Shown in pieces: positions 20,130-27,248 of a stretch of DNA of 58,546 nt. The translations under genes were made by a program, and so were the position numbers. Within the stretch, counting starts at the first letter, position 1; each line of letters opens with the position of its first letter. Location: positions 1 to 58,546 of the forward strand of contig JAQXGO010000060.1 in assembly GCA_029006755.1 (NCBI GenBank), given 5' to 3'. A model generated the notes under the pieces. It made no database searches and had not been told where the DNA came from. It saw only the letters and a list, made by a program, of their open reading frames with translations. The DNA is from Clostridia bacterium. Lineage in GTDB: Bacteria > Bacillota > Clostridia > UMGS1883 > UMGS1540.

Positions 20130-20149
20130 TACACACATACTGTACATTC

Positions 20150-20182
20150 GCATACTATGGTATCAGGAGGCGAATAGTATGC
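20150..20182 (+). promoter_or_regulatory. Hairpin with the RBS in the loop and the start codon in the 3' arm
   Basis: GCATACTA (20150-20157) pairs with TAGTATGC (20175-20182). The loop contains AGGAGG (20165-20170). ATG 20179 lies inside the 3' arm. Confidence 0.35.
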
Positions 20183-20451
20183 AAGTGCAGTATGGAATTC
20201 CAATATTGATTACACTGCTTTTGGTATGTATGGTTGTTTTATTGCTGCGAGCAGTGCGCGCGCCGGTACGAACCTATGTTGAAATAATCGTCAGCGGCGA
20301 TGAATGCCCGGAGGATCTTGAAAATGCTGTCATTACCGCAAAGCTATTGGCGGAACGATATTTTGATGATGCATGTGTATATGTGCGCGGCAAAGACAAT
20401 GCGTACATAGATATGATATGCAGGCGATACGGCGTGTGTAGAAAAATGTAA
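20179..20451 (+). CDS. Hypothetical small membrane-anchored protein (90 aa)
   Basis: AGGAGG RBS 8 nt upstream. One N-terminal hydrophobic helix (IPILITLLLVCMVVLLL), then a charged, Cys-containing tail. The track start at 20047 lies inside metK and is rejected. Confidence 0.55.
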   Translation: MQVQYGIPILITLLLVCMVVLLLRAVRAPVRTYVEIIVSGDECPEDLENAVITAKLLAERYFDDACVYVRGKDNAYIDMICRRYGVCRKM

Positions 20452-20467
20452 GAGAAGTGAGGAATAC

Positions 20468-22678
20468 ATGGCGGAAAATCTCGTCATTGAAGGCATTGTA
20501 CAAGAGATAATTTATTCCAATATCGCAAACGGTTATACCGTTTGCGATATTGATGTGGATGGCATTTTTCATACGGCAGTTGGCAACATGCCGGGTATAG
20601 CACCGGGAGAAGGTGTGCGGTTAACCGGAAAATGGACAACCCATGCGGAGTATGGCGAGCAGTTTAAAGCTGAGTTTTGTGAAAAAATTCTGCCGACCGG
20701 AGAAGCACAAATTCTCCTATATTTGTCTTCTGGTGTTGTTAAGGGAATCGGCCCTTCTACGGCGCAAAAAATTGTGGATCGTTTTGGGGATAAAGCGCTG
20801 GAAGTGATTCGGGATGATCCGGAAAAGCTTGCAAAAATTAAAGGAATCAGTATAAAAAAAGCCGGGGAAATGCAGGCCTCCATATTAGAAAAGCAGGCAG
20901 TGCAAAATGTTATCTTGTTTTTACAACCGTATGGGGTCACGCCCAATTTCGCCGTCAAAGTATTTAAAAAGTTTGGACCGTCTGCAGTTGGCATGATAGA
21001 AAAAAATCCTTATGTGCTATGTGAAATCGAAGGCATAGGCTTTCGAACTGCGGACACAATAGCAGCTAAAATGGGGATCGAACCGGCAAATGCGGCAAGG
21101 ATTAAAAGCGGTATTCTGTATGTTTTATGGGAAAGTAGCTCCGGCGGACATACCTATTTACCTACAGAGCATCTTGTGAACTTGGCTGTGGATATTTTGG
21201 GAACTGAGAAAACTGCCATAGAAAACGCAGTTTGCACGATGATTTTAGAAGGCGCTCTCATGCGCGAAAAAGCGGCAGAAGGGGATCGGGTGTATCTGCC
21301 TGTTTTTTTTCATGCGGAAATAGGCGTTGCAAAACGCCTTTATAAGATCATGCGAGGAAAACAGAATCTTGCAGGCGTATCTCTGGAATCTGCCATTGCA
21401 TCTGCTGAACATCGTTGCGGTATCACTCTTTCTGAAAAGCAGCGTCAAGCATGTCTTATGGTAATGAAGGAAGGTGCTGCGGTCATAACCGGAGGACCGG
21501 GCACAGGGAAAACTACCGTTATAAATGCTATAATTGATATTATGCTTTCGGCCGGTCTAGCTGTGGCACTTTGTGCACCAACCGGGCGTGCAGCCAAAAG
21601 GATCGCCGAGACCTGTGGGATGGAGGCAAAGACCATTCACCGTCTTTTAGAACTGAACTATACAGAGGGCGAATCTAAGCAGATTTTTGGCAGAAATGAA
21701 GAAGTGCCGCTTGATGAAGATGTAATCATTGTGGATGAAATGAGTATGGTGGGTGTGCAGCTTATGTATGCGCTCCTTCGTGCTTTAAAGCCGGGCGCAA
21801 GGCTCATTATGGTGGGAGATGCGGATCAGCTTACATCGGTTGGAGCAGGTGATGTTCTGCGAGATATCATAAAGAGTGGCGTAATCCCTGTTTGCAAATT
21901 GACAGAAATCTATCGCCAGGCAGCCGAGAGCCTTATCATTGTGAATGCACATAAAATTAATGATGGGGAAGCGCCGATTATCAATTGCAAAGACAAAGAT
22001 TTCTTTTTTATGCACTGCGACAGCGGTCAGGATATTATAAGGTTGATTGGAGATGTTTGTGCTAAGCGATTGCCGAAAGCCTACGGACTTGACCCTTTTT
22101 TACAGATTCAGGTCATTAGTCCGTCAAGAAAAGCCGCACTTGGCATTTCTGTGTTGAACCGACACTTACAGGCTGTCTTGAATCCACCGGAACATGGGAA
22201 AAAGGAGAAGGCGGTTGGAGAGGTTATCTTTCGTGAAGGGGACAAGGTTATGCAGGTGCGCAATAATTATGATATTGCCTGGCATACAGAGGAAGGAATA
22301 GTCGGTGAAGGTGCATTTAACGGAGACGTTGGTGTTATTGCGCGCATTGTACATCCGGGCAATTATTTAGAGGTCTGTTTTGATGGGGAACGGATTGTAA
22401 AATATGATTTTACACAGCTTGATGAACTGGAACTTGCTTATGCTATTACGGTACATAAAAGCCAGGGTAGTGAGTTTGATGCGGTGATTATGCCCATGTT
22501 CCCGAGTGCACCCCAACTCATGTACCGAAATTTACTGTATACGGCCGTGACTAGGGCGAAAAAGCTTGCAATTTTGGTTGGCCGTGAAAACGTTATGCAT
22601 CAGATGATTGAGAACAATCGACAGCAAGATCGGTTTAGCGGTTTGTCCGGAAAAATGGAGGGTGTGTTCCTTGCTTAG
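20468..22678 (+). CDS. recD2: SF1B ATP-dependent DNA helicase, RecD2 (RecD/TraA family)
   Basis: 736 aa with Walker A GGPGTGKTT, Walker B IIVDEMSMV, late helicase motifs (AITVHKSQGSEFD, YTAVTRAK) and an N-terminal OB/HhH region. Confidence 0.9.
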   Translation: MAENLVIEGIVQEIIYSNIANGYTVCDIDVDGIFHTAVGNMPGIAPGEGVRLTGKWTTHAEYGEQFKAEFCEKILPTGEAQILLYLSSGVVKGIGPSTAQKIVDRFGDKALEVIRDDPEKLAKIKGISIKKAGEMQASILEKQAVQNVILFLQPYGVTPNFAVKVFKKFGPSAVGMIEKNPYVLCEIEGIGFRTADTIAAKMGIEPANAARIKSGILYVLWESSSGGHTYLPTEHLVNLAVDILGTEKTAIENAVCTMILEGALMREKAAEGDRVYLPVFFHAEIGVAKRLYKIMRGKQNLAGVSLESAIASAEHRCGITLSEKQRQACLMVMKEGAAVITGGPGTGKTTVINAIIDIMLSAGLAVALCAPTGRAAKRIAETCGMEAKTIHRLLELNYTEGESKQIFGRNEEVPLDEDVIIVDEMSMVGVQLMYALLRALKPGARLIMVGDADQLTSVGAGDVLRDIIKSGVIPVCKLTEIYRQAAESLIIVNAHKINDGEAPIINCKDKDFFFMHCDSGQDIIRLIGDVCAKRLPKAYGLDPFLQIQVISPSRKAALGISVLNRHLQAVLNPPEHGKKEKAVGEVIFREGDKVMQVRNNYDIAWHTEEGIVGEGAFNGDVGVIARIVHPGNYLEVCFDGERIVKYDFTQLDELELAYAITVHKSQGSEFDAVIMPMFPSAPQLMYRNLLYTAVTRAKKLAILVGRENVMHQMIENNRQQDRFSGLSGKMEGVFLA

Positions 22679-23423
22679 ATGGCTGTGGCGTTTGATATTT
22701 CCGCCCAAATGTATCTTTTGTGACAAGATTGTCGAAAATGACCGCTTTGCAGTATGCGAAAACTGCCTGCCTAATATCGCATATAATCGTGGGAATCGCT
22801 GCAAAGTATGCGGGATGCCGCTGGATGTTGTTTATGGGGACATGCTATGTGCTAACTGCCGGAGGATGCGGCATAGCTTTCAAAAGGCGTACATACCTCT
22901 TGTATATAAAGATAAGGTCAGAGAATCCATTTTGGGGTTTAAATTCAAGGGAAGACGCGCGCGTGCTGTAACATTGGCGGCTTTTATGCTAATGGCAATC
23001 CGCGAGGCGGCAGCACCATGGCCGGATTGCATAACATACGTGCCCTTGCACCCTTTCCGACTAGGGACACGCGGTTATAATCAATCACAGCTTTTAGCAG
23101 AGGCGCTGGGTGGAATGATGCATGTACCTGTTATATCTGCTCTTCGGAAAACGAAGCATACAAAGCCATTATCCAGGCAGAAAAGAGTGGATAGGAAAAA
23201 AGCCGTTAAAGACGTTTTTGCGCTACGTAAAAACGCGGACATTCAGGGGAAAAGGGTATTGCTTGTGGATGATATTTTTACGACCGGTAGCACTATAGAA
23301 GCTTGCAGCAGATTAATAAAAAAAGGCGGTGCCCGGGAAATCTATGTTACAACTGCGGCGGTTACACCGCCGTTTCGGGCAAACAATGCCGCACAAATGG
23401 AGGAACGAATATGCAACCATTAG
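22671..23423 (+). CDS. comFC: ComF-family protein (ComFC-type phosphoribosyltransferase fold)
   Basis: N-terminal Cys4 (CIFCD...CENC / CKVCG...CANC) and the PRTase loop VLLVDDIFTTGST. TTG 22671 lies 8 nt after GGAGGG and overlaps the recD2 stop by 8 nt. The first internal ATG would delete the zinc finger. Confidence 0.8.
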   Translation: MLRWLWRLIFPPKCIFCDKIVENDRFAVCENCLPNIAYNRGNRCKVCGMPLDVVYGDMLCANCRRMRHSFQKAYIPLVYKDKVRESILGFKFKGRRARAVTLAAFMLMAIREAAAPWPDCITYVPLHPFRLGTRGYNQSQLLAEALGGMMHVPVISALRKTKHTKPLSRQKRVDRKKAVKDVFALRKNADIQGKRVLLVDDIFTTGSTIEACSRLIKKGGAREIYVTTAAVTPPFRANNAAQMEERICNH

Positions 23424-24343
23424 TGGTCATAGCTGGGCCGACTGCATCCGGGAAAACGGCACTCGCCATTGCATTAGCAAAGAGAATCAACGGCGAAGTG
23501 ATTTCGGCGGATTCCATGCAGATATACCGCGGCATGAATATTGGCACAGCAAAACCCACAACAGATGAGATGCAAGGCATACCACACCACCTGTTGGATG
23601 TGGCAGAACCGGAAGAAAATTTTTCTTTGGAAAAGTTTGCGACCTTGGCGCATGCAACCATACAGGAGATTGTAAGTCGTGGTAAAATTCCTATTTTAGC
23701 GGGTGGAACAGGACTTTATATTGATACTGTGGCAGAGAACCGCGCCTTATCAGCAGATTCCTTTGACCCAAAGATACGGAAAAAACTGGAAGAACGTTGG
23801 GAAAAAGAAGGCGCAGAGAAACTTTATGTAGAACTTTCACAGATTGATCCAACCGCGGCTGACAAGTTACATATTGCAGAAAAAAGAAGAATTATTCGTG
23901 CACTGGAGATTTTTTACACCACAGGGAAAACCAAAACTTGGCATGCAGAAAAAAAATCAGAAAAAATTTACAATTATTTTATATTTGCTATTGAACTTCC
24001 TCGAAATATTTTGTATAATAGAATAAATAGGCGCGTAGAGGATATGCTTGCAGCCGGATTGATGGAAGAAGTGCGAGATTTGCACACACGGCTGTATGGA
24101 AAAGAGACAACCGCAAAGCAGGGCGTTGGATATAAGGAACTGTTTTGGTATCTGGACGGACGCGCCACATTTGAGGAGGCCGTTTCGCTTTTAAAACGAA
24201 ATACAAGAAGGCTTGCCAAAAGACAGATGACATGGTTTCGTGCGAATCCATCTATATACTGGCTTGATGGACAACAGGGACTGGAAGAAATTACAAGGCA
24301 GTGTATGGAGAAATTGGCAGAAGGAAATGAGGTATGGCGTTGA
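23411..24343 (+). CDS. miaA: tRNA dimethylallyltransferase
   Basis: MQPLVVIAGPTASGKTALAI P-loop, plus SADSMQIYRGMNIGTAKP. ATG 23411 follows GGAGGA and overlaps the comFC end by 13 nt. Confidence 0.92.
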   Translation: MQPLVVIAGPTASGKTALAIALAKRINGEVISADSMQIYRGMNIGTAKPTTDEMQGIPHHLLDVAEPEENFSLEKFATLAHATIQEIVSRGKIPILAGGTGLYIDTVAENRALSADSFDPKIRKKLEERWEKEGAEKLYVELSQIDPTAADKLHIAEKRRIIRALEIFYTTGKTKTWHAEKKSEKIYNYFIFAIELPRNILYNRINRRVEDMLAAGLMEEVRDLHTRLYGKETTAKQGVGYKELFWYLDGRATFEEAVSLLKRNTRRLAKRQMTWFRANPSIYWLDGQQGLEEITRQCMEKLAEGNEVWR

Positions 24344-25476
24344 AAAAGGGAATAAAAGTTGCTTTAATAATTGCCGTACTTATTTATGCTATATGGAATT
24401 TAGTGTCCTTTTTAGTAGGGCAGAAGACCTCCGAAATGGTTAGATACGGCACATTGGAAAATACCTTTAGCGGTACAGCATATCTTTTTAAGGATGAAAA
24501 AGTGATTGATGCATCCGATGGGGTCATGCAGCCAACTGTGCAGGATGGTGAACGCGTGCATAAGGGTGCGCGCATTGGTGTTTTGCTTTCGGGCGATACG
24601 GACGAGAGTGCATTGCATGAATATTTGCGGATTCAGGATAGAATCAACAATCTTGCATCCATCCGTGCCGTGGATGAATTTGAAGAAACCGTACGAACGG
24701 ATGAGCAAATGTCTGCCCTTGCATTGCGGATTGCAACGGCGGCGGATATGGGCAATATGACTGAGCTTGCCGGGTTGAAAGATGAATTGCTGCTTTTAAA
24801 GGATGAAAAAAGTGCGGTGCTGGGCAAGAAGGAGGAACTGAACGCAGTTTTAAAAAATAGACAGGATGCTTTGCAAGGAAGCATTGGAAGCAGTGTAAAG
24901 GAAATCTTTAGTCCGGTAGCCGGCACAGTATTCTTGCAAGCAGATGGGTTGGAGAGTGCAATGCATCTCAAGGCTACAGAGGGATTGACACCATCGGGTC
25001 TTGCAAACATGACGGCTGTGGAAACCGGAAAAAGCTGTAAAATAATGGAAGGTACAGAATGGCGCGGTGCAATTGTAGCCGATGCGGATAAGGCCGGAGA
25101 ACTGAAAGAGGGACAAGCTGTTACTGTTCGGTTCAATGATTTCGGCGGGGTTACGACAAGGGTAACAATTATAAGTATTTCCGCGCCGGAGAATGATTCT
25201 TGTGTTGTAACATTTTCATCCAACCGCTTTTTTGAGGGTTTGCTGCTTCGGCGGAAAACAAACGTTGATGTGGTTATAGAACGGTTTGAGGGATTGCGTA
25301 TTTCATCAAAGGCCTTGTGCCAAGAAAATGGGCAGACAGGAGTATGGGTTAAGACTGTAACAAGCACGCGCTTTAAACCGGTAGAAATTATATATGGCAA
25401 TGATACAACCGTTATTGTGAAGGAAGAGGGATCTGATTCCGGATCCTTGCGACTATATGATACAGTAGTTTATTAA
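24334..25476 (+). CDS. Membrane-anchored HlyD-like (membrane-fusion-protein-like) protein, function unknown
   Basis: 380 aa: N-terminal TM helix, lipoyl-like segment (VMQPTVQDGERVHKGARIG ... FSPVAGTV), a central helical/coiled-coil stretch and a C-terminal beta-rich part. Overlaps the miaA stop by 10 nt and ends 16 nt before yggS. Confidence 0.6.
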   Translation: MALKKGIKVALIIAVLIYAIWNLVSFLVGQKTSEMVRYGTLENTFSGTAYLFKDEKVIDASDGVMQPTVQDGERVHKGARIGVLLSGDTDESALHEYLRIQDRINNLASIRAVDEFEETVRTDEQMSALALRIATAADMGNMTELAGLKDELLLLKDEKSAVLGKKEELNAVLKNRQDALQGSIGSSVKEIFSPVAGTVFLQADGLESAMHLKATEGLTPSGLANMTAVETGKSCKIMEGTEWRGAIVADADKAGELKEGQAVTVRFNDFGGVTTRVTIISISAPENDSCVVTFSSNRFFEGLLLRRKTNVDVVIERFEGLRISSKALCQENGQTGVWVKTVTSTRFKPVEIIYGNDTTVIVKEEGSDSGSLRLYDTVVY

Positions 25477-25492
25477 TAAAGGGGAGAGCGAA

Positions 25493-26185
25493 TTGCACCC
25501 GAAGGAAGCAATAGCTGAAATAAAAGAACGCATTGTCTGCGCTGCAAAGGAAGCCGGGAGAAAAGCAGATGATATTATTCTCTTGGGCGCAACAAAAACG
25601 GTGGATGCGTTGCGGATTCAGGAAGCAGTCGACGCGGGGCTTTTGTATATCGGTGAAAACCGAGTGCAGGAACTTTGCGATAAATATGCATACGTGCATG
25701 GAGCACATTGGCATTTTATAGGGCATTTACAGACCAATAAGGTCAAGTACATAATAGATAAGGCAGAGCTGATTCATGCAGTAGAATCCTCCCGGCTTTT
25801 GGATGAAATTGATAAGCAGGCGGCGAAGATGGATCGCTGTGCGGAGGTGTTATTGGAGGTAAATGCATCCGGAGAGGCTACAAAGTTTGGCACCGGATAT
25901 GAAGAAGTAATGCCACTGATTGCAGAGAACGAGAATCGAAAGCATGTGAAAATCAAAGGACTTATGACGATTGGGCCGCATGTGCCCGATGAAAATAAAG
26001 TCAGGGAAGTTTTCTCTGCAATGTATGCACTCTATGAAAAGCTTGGCAGAGAATCTTTTGAGAACACAAGGATGGAATATCTTTCAATGGGTATGAGCGG
26101 TGATTTTTGCACTGCGATAAAAGAGGGAGCCAATATCGTGCGGATCGGAAGCGCAATATTTGGAAATAGAGAATGGAGGAAGTAA
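25493..26185 (+). CDS. yggS: YggS/YlmE-family PLP homeostasis protein
   Basis: 230 aa. ILLGATKT (PLP lysine), HFIGHLQTNK and MGMSGD motifs. TTG start after AAAGGGGAG. Confidence 0.88.
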   Translation: MHPKEAIAEIKERIVCAAKEAGRKADDIILLGATKTVDALRIQEAVDAGLLYIGENRVQELCDKYAYVHGAHWHFIGHLQTNKVKYIIDKAELIHAVESSRLLDEIDKQAAKMDRCAEVLLEVNASGEATKFGTGYEEVMPLIAENENRKHVKIKGLMTIGPHVPDENKVREVFSAMYALYEKLGRESFENTRMEYLSMGMSGDFCTAIKEGANIVRIGSAIFGNREWRK

Positions 26186-26187
26186 AA

Positions 26188-26658
26188 GTGGCAAAAATAT
26201 TTGGTAAATTGGGCGAGATCTTTTTTGGAAATGAAGAGGATGAATTTGAAGAATTTGAAGTGGAAGATGAATCTCCAAAAGCAGAAACAAGAATGTTTAT
26301 GGGGGCAAAAAAACCCGCATCGCAGCCCACACCTCGTTCTTCCAGTGCACGCGTTGTAAGCATGACAGCAACTACACAGCTTGAAGTTGCCGTTTTGCAG
26401 CCGGCGACTTATGAGGACGCCAGCGAAATTGCAGACAGGCTGAAAGCCAAAAAGGCGGTTGTTGTGAACTTAGAGGATCTGACAAAAGAGGATGCAATTA
26501 AGGTACTGGACTTTATTAGTGGCGTAGTGTACGCCTTAGAAGGGAATATTCAAAAAGTTTCCAGCGGCATTTTCCTAATTGCTCCATACAACGTAAGCAT
26601 TGCAGGGGATGTACGGGATGAACTCAAGAATAAAGGCTTCTTTCCTTGGACATTGTAA
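26188..26658 (+). CDS. sepF: Cell division protein SepF
   Basis: Acidic linker, then the conserved C-terminal domain (VAVLQPATYEDASEIADRLKAKKAVVVNLEDL...DFISGVVYALEGNIQKVSSGIFLIAP). GTG 26188 follows GGAGGA. The alternative start, ATG 26173, overlaps yggS. Confidence 0.85.
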   Translation: MAKIFGKLGEIFFGNEEDEFEEFEVEDESPKAETRMFMGAKKPASQPTPRSSSARVVSMTATTQLEVAVLQPATYEDASEIADRLKAKKAVVVNLEDLTKEDAIKVLDFISGVVYALEGNIQKVSSGIFLIAPYNVSIAGDVRDELKNKGFFPWTL

Positions 26659-26691
26659 AATATAAATAAACAAAAGAAGGGTGGCCGGAAC

Positions 26692-27207
26692 ATGTATACA
26701 CCTTTGGAATTGGAAAAAATAGAATTTGGCAATGCTTTCATGGGCGGATATAAAAAAGAAGATGTGGAAGAAGTTTTCCAAACGCTTTGCCATGACTATG
26801 AGGAGTTATATAAAGAAAGTATAGCGAATCGCGATAAAATATCTATGCTGGAAGGCGTTGTAGAAAAATACAAAGCCATGGAAGATGCATTGCAAAATGC
26901 ATTGCTTTTAGCACAGACAAGCAGTGAAGCTGCAATTCGTGCCGCACAGGAAAAGGCCCAGAGTATTATTAAAGAAGCCGAGGACAAGGCTTCTTATCTT
27001 GCAAAAGAAGCAAATGCAAGTGTTCAGGATCTTTCCAGGAAGGAAGCGGATATGAAAAGAGGATTGCAGGTATTTGCCACACGGCAAATCTCCAATCTTC
27101 GGGCGCAGATTGAAGTTTTAAATGGCATGATCGCGGAGGGAACCAAATCTCCGATTGAGGATAACTTGGATGCAACTATGCCCTTTCATACAAAGACAGA
27201 GGCATAG
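26692..27207 (+). CDS. divIVA: DivIVA-domain cell division / polarity protein
   Basis: MYTPLELEKIEFGNAFMGGYKKEDVEEVF is the DivIVA N-terminal lipid-binding motif. The rest is coiled coil. Confidence 0.85.
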   Translation: MYTPLELEKIEFGNAFMGGYKKEDVEEVFQTLCHDYEELYKESIANRDKISMLEGVVEKYKAMEDALQNALLLAQTSSEAAIRAAQEKAQSIIKEAEDKASYLAKEANASVQDLSRKEADMKRGLQVFATRQISNLRAQIEVLNGMIAEGTKSPIEDNLDATMPFHTKTEA

Positions 27208-27248
27208 AATTTTGCAACGGAAAAAGATGGAAAGGATTGAAGGTAAGG

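Noticed and set aside
24633-25400. Long antisense ORFs on the track, for example 24633-25400 (255 aa), 14613-15299 (228 aa), 52437-53024 (195 aa), 6503-7063 (186 aa), 589-1176 (195 aa) and 11863-12378 (171 aa).
   Set aside because: Each lies entirely opposite a gene with strong family motifs. Their translations are low-complexity (Ser/Ala/Ile/Pro-rich) with no recognisable motif and no RBS. They are typical shadow ORFs.
26173-26187. ATG 26173 as the sepF start, overlapping yggS.
   Set aside because: GTG 26188 lies 7 nt after a GGAGGA RBS and just after the yggS stop. ATG 26173 has no RBS. Either start leaves the conserved SepF C-terminal domain unchanged.
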